Source: Methanoregula sp.
Lineage (GTDB): Archaea > Halobacteriota > Methanomicrobia > Methanomicrobiales > Methanospirillaceae
Reading direction: 5' to 3'
DNA length: 64,000 nt
NCBI GenBank assembly: GCA_039698055.1
Contig: JBDKTL010000043.1
Coordinates: forward strand, 1-64,000
Position 1 is the first letter of the stretch; every line of letters begins with the position of its first letter. A program made the translations under genes and the position numbers. The notes beneath the pieces were generated by a model that worked only from the letters and a program-made list of their open reading frames with translations, was not told the origin of the DNA and made no database searches. Below, one piece after another: positions 51,260-60,674 of this stretch.

Positions 51260-52718
51260 TCTTCTTGTCCTCGTTTTCGAGGCCGACGAGGTTCTTGAAC
51301 TTCTGGAGGATCGGCTCGATGATGATGCCAAGGAGCTCGTCCTTGTTGGTCACGTTCCCGAAATAGTGGAGCGGGAGCGTAGCTGCTGCCATGTTCGGGT
51401 GACCGCCCGCATCGCCCATGTCGCCGAATGCCTCGGCGAGTGCGTTGCCGATATGGAGCCGGATATCCCGGTTGCGGGCCGATATCACGATGGACGTGTC
51501 GGTGATGCCATACACCAGTGCCGTGTTCACCCCTTCAAGGGTGATGAGAAGGTCAGCAGCCTGCGGGAGGGCATCGCGGTTCATGACAAAACCGACGTTC
51601 GAGAACAGGTACCCGCTCTGGATCTTCCGGTACTGGATCGCTTTTCCCATCACGTCAAGGGTTTCCTGCGACATGGACGGCGACATGATCTTGTCGAGCA
51701 GATCGGAGTCCGTGAGCGGCAGGAGAAATCCCGCGTACGCGAGATCCTGCGGGGTGACGTTGCGCTTGAACTCTTTTGTATCTGTCCTGATACCGTAGAG
51801 GAGTGCAGTTGCCACCCGCTTGTCCACCGGGATGTCGAGCTCCTGCAGGTACTGGGTGAGGATGCTTGCCGTCGCCCCGGCACCGGGCCGGATATCCACA
51901 AAACTGCTCTGCGTGGAGAGGTGTTGTGCGTCCTTGTGGTGATCGATGATGATGTTGAACCGGGTCTGCGGCGGCACGTCGTTATTTGCGCCGGGCGCCG
52001 GGCAGTCGACAAGAGCAAGGTAGGTGCAGCTCTGGAGCGCTTCAATCGTCAGGTGCTCCATCTTGATATCGAGCAGGTTGACAAAAGTCCGGTTTTCCTG
52101 GTGGCCGATATTGCCTTCATAAAAAATCCGGGTGGTGAGGGTTTTTGCGTTGGCGTGCCGGGCGATCTCGGCAAGCGCCATCGCACTGGCAATCGCGTCC
52201 GGGTCCGGGTTCTTGTGCGTGACGATGCCAAGCGTGCCGTCCCAGCCTGCAAGGAGCGTAAAGAGCCGTTGCGAGATCCGGTTTGCGTGCTGTTTTTTTA
52301 CCTGGTGGATGGCCGCCCGGGCGACCACTTCCTGTGGGTAGATAACAAAATCCGCTCCGGATAACGTGAGTTTTTCTGCACTCACCGGGTCGATGGCCCG
52401 GGCGATAACCTGCACGAGAGGGTACCGTTTTTTTATTGTCAGGACCGCCGCAAGGTTTGCACCAGCATCACCGGTCATCACAAATGCAATCTCGAACGGG
52501 GGCAGGCCAACGAGCATATCCGGTGTTGTAATATCCCGCACGTAGGCATCGGATTTCTGGTCCCTGAGGTGCCGGACCCGGGTTTCATCTTTATCGACAA
52601 CAATCACCCGCTCGTGTTCCTTGTCGAGCTCGAGAATGATGTTGTACCCGTTCGTGCCGCAGCCAAAAATGCAGTATTTTATCGGTTCTGCTGATTCAAA
52701 TACGCCGGTTTCAGGCAT
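51249..52718 (-). CDS. TrkA-N (RCK) plus DHH/DHHA1 phosphoesterase
   Basis: GCGTNG NAD-binding motif, HKNPDPD, IDHH, GGH. Confidence 0.88.
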   Translation of the reverse strand: MPETGVFESAEPIKYCIFGCGTNGYNIILELDKEHERVIVVDKDETRVRHLRDQKSDAYVRDITTPDMLVGLPPFEIAFVMTGDAGANLAAVLTIKKRYPLVQVIARAIDPVSAEKLTLSGADFVIYPQEVVARAAIHQVKKQHANRISQRLFTLLAGWDGTLGIVTHKNPDPDAIASAMALAEIARHANAKTLTTRIFYEGNIGHQENRTFVNLLDIKMEHLTIEALQSCTYLALVDCPAPGANNDVPPQTRFNIIIDHHKDAQHLSTQSSFVDIRPGAGATASILTQYLQELDIPVDKRVATALLYGIRTDTKEFKRNVTPQDLAYAGFLLPLTDSDLLDKIMSPSMSQETLDVMGKAIQYRKIQSGYLFSNVGFVMNRDALPQAADLLITLEGVNTALVYGITDTSIVISARNRDIRLHIGNALAEAFGDMGDAGGHPNMAAATLPLHYFGNVTNKDELLGIIIEPILQKFKNLVGLENEDKKNEL

Positions 52719-52812
52719 GTTACCAAAGATGTACGGCGCTGTGCATATTAAGTGATTCTCCATGATGGTTTTTCCAAAACCTTTATTCAGCATCATCGAC
52801 CACATTAGTAGG

Positions 52813-53175
52813 CTAAGTGGGTCTGTAGCTTAGTTCGGCATAGCGGCGGACTCTTAATCCGCAGGTCAAGGGTTCAAATCCCTTCAGGCCCGTTTTCTTT
52901 TGTGATTCTGACTCTCGCAGAGTTTTATTTGATTTTTCATTCGGTTTAAACTCATTATTTCTGATTTCGGTTATGTCAGTTTCGACATTTTTCAAATTCA
53001 ACGGTTTAAACTCGTTAGATTCTGTTGATAGGAAGAAACCACCATCAACCTTGCAGATGGATACAGGCTTACCGATAAGTGCGCGATAATGACTCCAAGG
53101 GAACTGGATATAAGGAGCGAGGAATCCTTTCTTTGGATGCAATTTTTTAAATTGAGTTTTCGTAATTAATTCTAT
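52813..53175 (-). pseudogene. Putative N-terminal fragment Int(N) of a split integrase, reading antisense through the tRNA
   Basis: Open frame IELITKTQFKKLHPKKGFLAPYIQFP...TGLKGFEPLTCGL runs through the tRNA; same strand as Int(C) at the far end of the island; family assignment is inference. Confidence 0.5.
52819..52892 (+). tRNA. tRNA-Lys (CTT)
   Basis: Acceptor GGGTCTG/CAGGCCC, anticodon arm GCGGA-CTCTTAA-TCCGC, T arm GGTTCAAATCC; CCA not encoded. Confidence 0.95.
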
Positions 53176-53276
53176 ATTTTACAATAGATTTTAGAAAGAT
53201 TATAGATTATCATACGGTGAAAAAAATTGCTTTATGGAAGAGAGATTGATTAAAGAATAAGACGAGAATATAAATT

Positions 53277-53465
53277 ATGTCATTATACGATACAATTGTT
53301 CAAGCAGTCGGGGCATTATTTATTATCTATATTTTCGGATTTGTTGTTCTACCAGCGTTTGCGACCGCTACAGGTCAAAGCACATTACTTTTCACAATAT
53401 TATTCATTTTACTCGCTATAAGCGTCGTCATTAGCGTTATTGTAGCAATCAAAAGGAGCCTTTAA
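53277..53465 (+). CDS. Small 2-TM membrane protein
   Basis: Two hydrophobic helices, basic C-terminus. Confidence 0.55.
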   Translation: MSLYDTIVQAVGALFIIYIFGFVVLPAFATATGQSTLLFTILFILLAISVVISVIVAIKRSL

Positions 53466-53466
53466 C

Positions 53467-54096
53467 ATGGTATTAAAAGAATTAGATCACTATTTTGGAA
53501 TATATAGGGATCTTGTTATCGGTTTAACCTTTCTAGTAGCTCTTGCTGCAATAACAGGTTTTAAATTGGATATCCCCACTTGGTTCAATTCCTTAACACC
53601 TGAAGGTAAATTCTATTCACTTATTCTTCTCGATGCAATTTTTACGCTATTTGTAGGATATGTGATTTATTCGAAGTTGGATGAGAAAATTCAGGGGATA
53701 AGAACTACAAATTCGGGTATAGAAATAAAACCAATTTTCCTTTCAGAAATCAGAGCATTAAAGATACAATTAGAACCGATTATTGCAGCACAAACTGATA
53801 TGACCACTTTGAGTAAAATAATCATGAAGGATTTTGGCAATGGGATGCCAAAATTTTATCCTAATAATGGAGCTTTCCATTTATACAAAGAAAAAATACC
53901 ACTTCTTGATTTTGATTTACAGTCTAAACTTTTGCAGTTCTATCAAAAAATAACTCAAGCAAGTGAATGCCATCAACAGATCTTCCAAAAAGACCCTTCA
54001 AGAGCCGATTATACAAAAATTCAATGTTTTAGCAATTATTTGAAAGAAGCGAATGATCTGATACCCCATCTCCTTGAGAAACTACAGTCGTCCTGA
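53467..54096 (+). CDS. Hypothetical protein, 2 N-terminal TM plus helical cytoplasmic domain
   Basis: ORF directly coupled to 53277-53465. Confidence 0.6.
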   Translation: MVLKELDHYFGIYRDLVIGLTFLVALAAITGFKLDIPTWFNSLTPEGKFYSLILLDAIFTLFVGYVIYSKLDEKIQGIRTTNSGIEIKPIFLSEIRALKIQLEPIIAAQTDMTTLSKIIMKDFGNGMPKFYPNNGAFHLYKEKIPLLDFDLQSKLLQFYQKITQASECHQQIFQKDPSRADYTKIQCFSNYLKEANDLIPHLLEKLQSS

Positions 54097-54291
54097 AATA
54101 TTAGAATAATTTTGTTTTCGTCTAATCTGTGTCACGTAAGGAACACCAATCTTTTCTGCAATCTCCTTGTAGTTCATTCCATCTTTGTGAAGAAGATCAA
54201 CATACTTCCAATCGATATCTTTGAAGGGTCTACCGCAATGTTTCCCCTCATCCCTTGCTCTTTGCATTCCAACCTTTGTCCTCTCAATAAA
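54082..54291 (-). pseudogene. Serine recombinase (resolvase) C-terminal remnant
   Basis: IERTKVGMQRARDEGKHCGRP plus HTH (MNYKEIAEKIGV); catalytic N-terminus absent. Confidence 0.75.
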
Positions 54292-54350
54292 TTACATGCA
54301 GCTTTTCAGTTAATACTGAAACTTGAGTTTATTATCGCTATCTCTAACCC

Positions 54351-55796
54351 TCAATTCCTATTCTTGATTAATTCGGTTGCTTGAATTACCCCTTTCTCAC
54401 TTAAGACATTAAGTAAAACATCGTGTGCTTTTCGGACACCTTTTCCTCCACCTAAGAATGCAAAGGGTGAAGTTTGTTTATCCCAATCAAAATCATCTAA
54501 AAGTCCGAGGAATTTCTTAATTGAATCCTTATCGTAGGGATCTAGATTATCGCTAATACACCAAGAGTAAACATTATTTGCAAGATAATTAAATGCGTAA
54601 ATCGAGGTTGTTCGAAGCATCAAGAATTGTTTCCGTGTTTTTTCTTCGAACGTTTGAGGGAACATTTCTCTGATACAACCCCAATAATTTATTAAAAATG
54701 TCTTTTTCTGATCAAAATCCAATTCTTTAAACCGATTATTATCAAAAAGTGGTTTCAACGACGATACAAAGGAGAATAATGGCACCGGATGCCCATTACT
54801 CATTGTTCCACCGAGATTGATGAGCCCTTGAAATGGTGATGATTCTTTATTAAGTTCGTTTACAATGGGAACAATTTCTGTTCTCCATTTTTCCTTATCA
54901 ATAATCGGAATCCCAGTAATCCCTGCCTTTAGTGTTTTATATGCTAATTCATCTTTTAAGGAGGGATTGACGGGTTTTTGAGTTTTATTAATAATAAAGA
55001 AAAATGCACCCTCTAATTCGGACTGTTTGATTTTCAGATTTTCAGGCGATTCTTTTTCCATTTTTTTAATTATTGCTTTAGAATCGACGAAAACAATTGG
55101 GATTTCAAAAGACAACAATTCCGTGTATTTTTTTATCAATTCTTCTCGATTGGGTAATGAGTGCTTCGTCTGCAGTTTTTTGATTTCTTTATAGATCTCC
55201 TCAAATCCACCGGTTCTTTGCTGTCCGTCCAAAATTGAAATTGCCCCGGGTTTCAATGGAATTTCAAGAATTCCCCTATCATCATCAGAGGATTTGAATT
55301 TTGCATTACCAAAACTTGCTAATATTGCTGGAATAATAGAGATAGAACAACCTTCGAGATATTTTTTTATTTCACTTGTTCTTTCACGGAATTTCTCTCG
55401 TTGATATCCATCCAATACCTCGTCTCTCCACTGGTCAGAGGTAGATAATAACAAAAGTTCCTTCGCCTGGACTTTACCAATATAAAGGGGCATTCCTTTT
55501 TGTTGAATTTTGATTACCTTAATCTTCAGAGTTACATCAGAGATTTTTTTCCATACTTTTTCCAAATTTTGCGATTGGATTTTGGGATAATTCCTATAGA
55601 TATCAATTATTTCGATGACACTGAGATTGTTAAAATCGCTTGTTATCTCGTTCTGTGCAATCTTCTCTAAAGTATCATTCATTTTATCAGGGAAGAATAA
55701 TGCAGGATTATTCCAGCAGTTCTCACAGACATATCTTCCATCATAGGGGCCGTGTTGGGGTCCTTTAATCTCAAATCCACATGAGGAACAAATCAT
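54351..55796 (-). CDS. Zn-finger plus DGQHR (DndB-like) domain protein
   Basis: CSSC...CENC N-terminus; GYQR, ILDGQQR, FFIINKTQKPV. Confidence 0.82.
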   Translation of the reverse strand: MICSSCGFEIKGPQHGPYDGRYVCENCWNNPALFFPDKMNDTLEKIAQNEITSDFNNLSVIEIIDIYRNYPKIQSQNLEKVWKKISDVTLKIKVIKIQQKGMPLYIGKVQAKELLLLSTSDQWRDEVLDGYQREKFRERTSEIKKYLEGCSISIIPAILASFGNAKFKSSDDDRGILEIPLKPGAISILDGQQRTGGFEEIYKEIKKLQTKHSLPNREELIKKYTELLSFEIPIVFVDSKAIIKKMEKESPENLKIKQSELEGAFFFIINKTQKPVNPSLKDELAYKTLKAGITGIPIIDKEKWRTEIVPIVNELNKESSPFQGLINLGGTMSNGHPVPLFSFVSSLKPLFDNNRFKELDFDQKKTFLINYWGCIREMFPQTFEEKTRKQFLMLRTTSIYAFNYLANNVYSWCISDNLDPYDKDSIKKFLGLLDDFDWDKQTSPFAFLGGGKGVRKAHDVLLNVLSEKGVIQATELIKNRN

Positions 55797-56878
55797 TTCG
55801 ATGCACCCTTCTTTTTTTCGGCATATAATTCAAAAGCTTCTTCGAAATCCGTAGCTCTGTTAAATTTGTTCACAAGTCCGTCATACGCCGGAAATGCACC
55901 ACCATATCCAATGACTCTTCGTGCATGTTGAACAAGTTCGATTTTATTCATATCCCAATTTGGAGAAATAAAAGTATTTTTCTCGATTGCGTAGAGAGAT
56001 TCATACCTCATAGGATAACATACGATACCCCAGTTTAAGATTTCCCGAACGCGATTAAAAAATTCATCTGGTGTCTCTCTATAGTTGAAAAGAGTATACA
56101 CAAAAATATCCCTTTTTTTAATACCGGCATCAAGTAAACGCTCAACAGCCTTTTTTACAAATTTTTGTTGATCATGAGAATCATACGCAAGCCGTATGGT
56201 AGAATCAAGTTTTAGAGAAGCGATCATTTTTGCAACGGGCTCTGTGATGAGTTTTGCATCAATACCCTGATTGAAGTCAACCTTTTTATCGAAATCGATG
56301 AGTTCCTTAAAAATATCCATACGGTATTTGTTTGCAAGAAAATTGTTGTCAAAAAAAATAATTTTTGTATGTCTACCCAGAACAAATGGGTTGATGCTCT
56401 TTTTCAGTGAATTCATTTTTCCTTCTAAACGAGGAACAGCACAAAAATCACATTTATTGCAGCAACCTCTTGACGAGAAAATAATACTTCCATCCCAATC
56501 TGGGACTAAATCATAATCCGGGAAAATATTCTCGGCTTTTGAACAGAGACCTTGGTATATTCGATCGGCACCGGATAGTCTTGCATGATCAGGAAGGAGG
56601 GATGCATAGATGCCCCCAAGCCAAATTTCCGCTTTTGGAAATTCTTTTTTGTAAAATGAAACTGCCTCCCAAACTGGCTTCCACGCCCATGAGAATAGAC
56701 TGGTGACGTATATTTTATTAGGATTCGTTTTCGGAATTCTTTGATCCTTTTTTTCGAAATCAATTAATTCCGTTGTATCACCTTTTGTTTTATGGTATGC
56801 AGAAAGTTTTAAGAGACCAATTGGCGGGAATTTGGAATAATATGCGGGTTCGACGAGAAGTATGTGATTGGTCATCAA
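55793..56878 (-). CDS. Radical SAM enzyme with B12-binding-like N-terminal domain
   Basis: PPIGLLKLSAYHK, GGIYAS, SRGCCNKCDFC (CxxxCxxC), DNNFLA, DFNQGID. Confidence 0.88.
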   Translation of the reverse strand: MMTNHILLVEPAYYSKFPPIGLLKLSAYHKTKGDTTELIDFEKKDQRIPKTNPNKIYVTSLFSWAWKPVWEAVSFYKKEFPKAEIWLGGIYASLLPDHARLSGADRIYQGLCSKAENIFPDYDLVPDWDGSIIFSSRGCCNKCDFCAVPRLEGKMNSLKKSINPFVLGRHTKIIFFDNNFLANKYRMDIFKELIDFDKKVDFNQGIDAKLITEPVAKMIASLKLDSTIRLAYDSHDQQKFVKKAVERLLDAGIKKRDIFVYTLFNYRETPDEFFNRVREILNWGIVCYPMRYESLYAIEKNTFISPNWDMNKIELVQHARRVIGYGGAFPAYDGLVNKFNRATDFEEAFELYAEKKKGASK

Positions 56879-56936
56879 GGATAGGTTAGTGATCTACATT
56901 ATTTAAGATCTTTTATTTTGAAGATCCCAAAAGCGA

Positions 56937-59300
56937 CTATGAAGAGGGTGTTGGAGGAGATGCCAATCTTGGTTTTAACACATCATAGATCATGGTGACA
57001 TACTCCAAATCTTGAGCTGTAACACCCTTTGGTTTTATCGAATGAGCAACCTGTTTGCGGATGTTATTGAGTTTGGTGAACCAAGATAATTTTTTCGATT
57101 TGCTATCATTAGGTTTTGAATTAATTGAAAACGTTTCACCAAATAGACTCCACTCGGAATCGATTATTTCCTTCAAATCAATTAAATCAATGAACTTTTC
57201 GTAATCGTTCAATTCTCCTTCTTCATCAGCCCGTTTCATGGCTTTTGCCCTAATTGGGGATGAAACTTTAAACCACCATTGAGAACGTTCATTTCCATAA
57301 TTTGCTTTTAAGGTACTGAAAACATAATCGTGAACCATAGGTTCAATTTTATCCAGAACGATTTCCCTAGTTGCTTGATTAATCGATGGATCCTTCTTCT
57401 TCAACCACTCTTTTAAAATTTCAGGCTCAAATTCCGGGTATTGCTCATGAATCTTCGAGAGTAATACTAAAGTACTATCTTTCACCCCTACTTCACCAGT
57501 GCCACGTCGCAATTCTGAACGAACTTGGGGGGGGATATCAGCTAAAAATTTAATGACAGGTGTGACGTATTTCTCGGTATGCTCAAGAAGAACAGGAGTT
57601 TTTAACTTTCTTGGGTCAACCTGGTCTTTAATAGAAATATGGTCGAAAATAAATTTCAGTGTTTTCAATGTTGATAATATGCCCAGATTTGTACAGATGA
57701 ACCCGCCATCACCGCTTCCAATATCCCATTGAGTTTTTACTTTATCGTTTTTCAGAAATAACGAATAATAACCGCTAATTACTTCGACCCCTCTTATCAA
57801 CGTTGAATCCAGATCATTATGGTATAAAGGCCCATGCGTGATGTCATGAGTTTTCTTATTCAAGACTTCACCGAATAGACGATCTTTTTTCATTTCTGTG
57901 ACTAGTCCGGTCAATGTTAAATTCCGGTTTTTGGTTTTATTTCCTCCAACTTTTATGACCTTGTCTCTCAAGGGAGAGTTTTTGTCTTTATCTAGTTGTT
58001 TTACTAAATTTGCAAGTAAAGCGTCCAAACGAAGATTTGGATCATCTGAATTCCAATTTAATTCAGAGTGAAGGTCTAATAATTGGTTTTTTGGTACTTT
58101 TACTTGTTCTCCATTAATGTCAATAAATAACTGAGCTTGTGTTGCTGAATCTAAATTTTCAAAAGCTATAACAGGAATCGTTGCCGTCTTCGCCTCTTCC
58201 AAATTTGCGAAGGCAAATAAACGGTGTTGACCATCAATAACTTGTGCACATTGATATATATTCGGTAAATACAACTTCCCAAGAACTGCATTTTGTCCAG
58301 CCATATCGGCGGCTTTATCGAATCTTAGCGGACTGTCAGTTCGAATATTTAGAACAATATTTGTTGGAAAAATTCCCTTCTTGTCCCGAATGTATTCTGC
58401 GATTTTATTCAATCGCTTCTTTTTGGCCATTCTTTGATATGAATCGAGAGATTCAATATTTCTTTTACCTCTGTGAGCGATATATGCTAATTTAAGCAAT
58501 TTGTCAGGTTCGATTACAAAAGAGTAGAATTCTTTTTCGCCCATTGTTCCTTTCATAGCCGGGATTGAATCGATTAAATTTGGGATCTCTCGTTTTTCTA
58601 GGAAATCGGATAAAAATTGGTATTTTGCGGCGTGACCAAAATGTTTCGAAAACTCATTGTAATAATCTAAAAGCGGATCATCAATGATGAAAATATTTGC
58701 CAGATCGGCCCGTTGCCTATCATTATCATTTATATCGATATTTTTCGTTGCAAGAATCCATACAAATTTAAATTTTTGAGGTTCCCCCTTATCATTATAA
58801 TATTGATTAATTGAGAGATCAATATCTCTTCGAATTGCTTCTATTTCAGTAATATCTGTGTTTAACGATTTTTTTGTATGTTGTTCTTCTGCAGATTTAC
58901 ATTCTACAATACAGATACATTGATCTTCCCTTGCGAAAACATCGATTTGTTTTGTGATGTTGGATTCAAATCTAGGGATAACAAAATTTTTTGATTCTTT
59001 ATTCATTTCAAAAAAGCCCATGCGGTAAAAAATACACCACACTTCATCCTCAAAACCAGAACCAATATCCTTCAGTTTCCTTAATTTAATATGTGTTTTA
59101 CTTCGGCTACGGACTTTTTCCCACTTATCATTCAAGAATGATGAAATATCTTGTTTAACTACATTTTTTGACACATATTTTTGATTTCTTTTACTATATG
59201 CCCGATCAAGATCCTCTCCTGACACAAGACCTTGGAACGGCGACAACGACGTTTTTGTTTCAGCACCATTCTTTTTTGAAGGAGTGGAATTTCTGACCAT
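56937..59300 (-). CDS. PD-(D/E)xK nuclease - DGQHR (DndB-like) - Swt1-like HEPN fusion
   Basis: FEDEV...QIDVFA...IVECKS; SYQR, FPTNI, VIDGQHRL, LFIDINGEQ; C-terminal WW...LIDLKEII...NNIRKQVAH. Confidence 0.82.
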   Translation of the reverse strand: MVRNSTPSKKNGAETKTSLSPFQGLVSGEDLDRAYSKRNQKYVSKNVVKQDISSFLNDKWEKVRSRSKTHIKLRKLKDIGSGFEDEVWCIFYRMGFFEMNKESKNFVIPRFESNITKQIDVFAREDQCICIVECKSAEEQHTKKSLNTDITEIEAIRRDIDLSINQYYNDKGEPQKFKFVWILATKNIDINDNDRQRADLANIFIIDDPLLDYYNEFSKHFGHAAKYQFLSDFLEKREIPNLIDSIPAMKGTMGEKEFYSFVIEPDKLLKLAYIAHRGKRNIESLDSYQRMAKKKRLNKIAEYIRDKKGIFPTNIVLNIRTDSPLRFDKAADMAGQNAVLGKLYLPNIYQCAQVIDGQHRLFAFANLEEAKTATIPVIAFENLDSATQAQLFIDINGEQVKVPKNQLLDLHSELNWNSDDPNLRLDALLANLVKQLDKDKNSPLRDKVIKVGGNKTKNRNLTLTGLVTEMKKDRLFGEVLNKKTHDITHGPLYHNDLDSTLIRGVEVISGYYSLFLKNDKVKTQWDIGSGDGGFICTNLGILSTLKTLKFIFDHISIKDQVDPRKLKTPVLLEHTEKYVTPVIKFLADIPPQVRSELRRGTGEVGVKDSTLVLLSKIHEQYPEFEPEILKEWLKKKDPSINQATREIVLDKIEPMVHDYVFSTLKANYGNERSQWWFKVSSPIRAKAMKRADEEGELNDYEKFIDLIDLKEIIDSEWSLFGETFSINSKPNDSKSKKLSWFTKLNNIRKQVAHSIKPKGVTAQDLEYVTMIYDVLKPRLASPPTPSS

Positions 59301-59350
59301 GCAAACAACTTAACTTCACCGAATGCTGAAATTAACCTTTCTATTACCTT

Positions 59351-59882
59351 TCAAGATTTCGAATTAAAATATTGAATTCTTACCGATCCCCAATGCTCCA
59401 TGAACCTCTTATAAACGTTCTCCAGCAGAAATTGTTTATAAGATGTCCAATTAATCGAATTGACACCATGAGACATTATAAAGTTCTTATTAGCGTCGTT
59501 GAATCCGATCTCATCTGACTTCTGCTCGAAGAATTTACGGAGATCCTTTAATTGGAGATTGCCCATTGTCTATGAGAGTGGAACTGAATTTCGTGATAAC
59601 CATTGTTTCAAGCCCTCATAACTAAACAAACCCTCATCAGATGATCTTCCTTCAATAGCATCAATGAGGTGTGGAATAATTAACTGATGAAGTGGAGCGT
59701 AGTGTTCTAATCGAATTTTATCTTGCCTTGCTTGAACAGTTAAGACAGGAGGAGATCGGTTCAGCGCATCACGGAACTGTCCAACGGTAATCCTGCATGC
59801 TGTTATTACTCTCTGACCTGAATATGCAAGAAATAGGATAGCGCAGCAATAGTTTTGTTTTTTTGGTCCATCCCAATTTTTT
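59351..59882 (-). pseudogene. Tyrosine integrase catalytic fragment Int(C) with internal amber stop
   Basis: YSGQR, QDK, KDLRK, MSHG, TSYK; in-frame TAG at 59570-59572; 5' end missing. Confidence 0.8.
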
Positions 59883-60674
59883 TTACCAGAACTCGAACGC
59901 ACCCATACCAAGGTTGCCCCAGTACCAGCTCTGGTGGATAATTTTTCCCTTTGCATCCGGCCCGGCTGCGCCAAGCGCCGTAAAGAGCGGCATGAAATGG
60001 TCGGGATAATACTGGGCGTGGATGGCCGATGGTGCGAGCTCACGGTAGCTGATCAGGCTCTTTTTGTCACCATACGTCACTGCCCGGTTCAGCCACTCGT
60101 TGAACGCGATCGCCCAGATCTCAGTCCGTAGTCCTTCACCCAGTGCAACCGTCGGATCGCCAAGCGGGTGAACCGCCCCGCCGCTGCCGATGACGAGCAC
60201 GCCTTCCTTCCGGAGGGGAGCGATTGCTTCGCCGAGTGCGAGGTGAAGAGCCGGGTCAAGATGATCCTGGATCGATAACTGGACTACCGGAACCGTAGCA
60301 TCCGGGAACATCAGCATTGACGGGACCCATGCCCCATGGTCGAGCCCCCGCCCGGTATCCCTGTCGCAGGGAAGTCCTGCTGCTTCAACAAGGCCGGCAA
60401 CCCGTCGGGCAAGATCCGGGGAGCCCGGCGCCGGGTAGGTAATCCGGTAGAGTTCATCGGGAAATCCGTAGAAATCGTGAATGGTCGGGGGACGGGCAAT
60501 CGTGTTCACCGAAGGACGGGTTGTGTTCCAATGCGCCGATACGCAGAGCACGGCACTAATATCCGTAAAATGTTTTCCAAGCCCAGCAAGAAACCTGCGG
60601 GCCGGCACTCCCTGTTCCAGCGCGAGGGTTGGTGCACCGTGTGACACAAAAAGAGTGGGAAGGGAATCCGGCAT
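59883..60674 (-). CDS. DODA/LigB-type extradiol dioxygenase family protein
   Basis: SHGAP, SAHW, HDFYGFP, GLDHGAW, GSGGAVH, DHFMPL. Confidence 0.92.
   Translation of the reverse strand: MPDSLPTLFVSHGAPTLALEQGVPARRFLAGLGKHFTDISAVLCVSAHWNTTRPSVNTIARPPTIHDFYGFPDELYRITYPAPGSPDLARRVAGLVEAAGLPCDRDTGRGLDHGAWVPSMLMFPDATVPVVQLSIQDHLDPALHLALGEAIAPLRKEGVLVIGSGGAVHPLGDPTVALGEGLRTEIWAIAFNEWLNRAVTYGDKKSLISYRELAPSAIHAQYYPDHFMPLFTALGAAGPDAKGKIIHQSWYWGNLGMGAFEFW

Larger units (their letters stand above)
52893..59882. mobile_element. Decayed AT-rich integrated element at tRNA-Lys
   Basis: Abrupt GC drop right after the tRNA, return at ~59883; integrase and resolvase remnants. Confidence 0.8.

Noticed and set aside
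59570-59572. In-frame TAG in the integrase as pyrrolysine read-through
   Set aside because: The gene is also 5'-truncated, no pyl genes are seen, and Thg1 here has no amber codon; a nonsense mutation is simpler
59883-60043. N-terminal part of ORF 59570..60043
   Set aside because: Alternative frame of the dioxygenase 3' end; only the part below ~59882 is integrase-like
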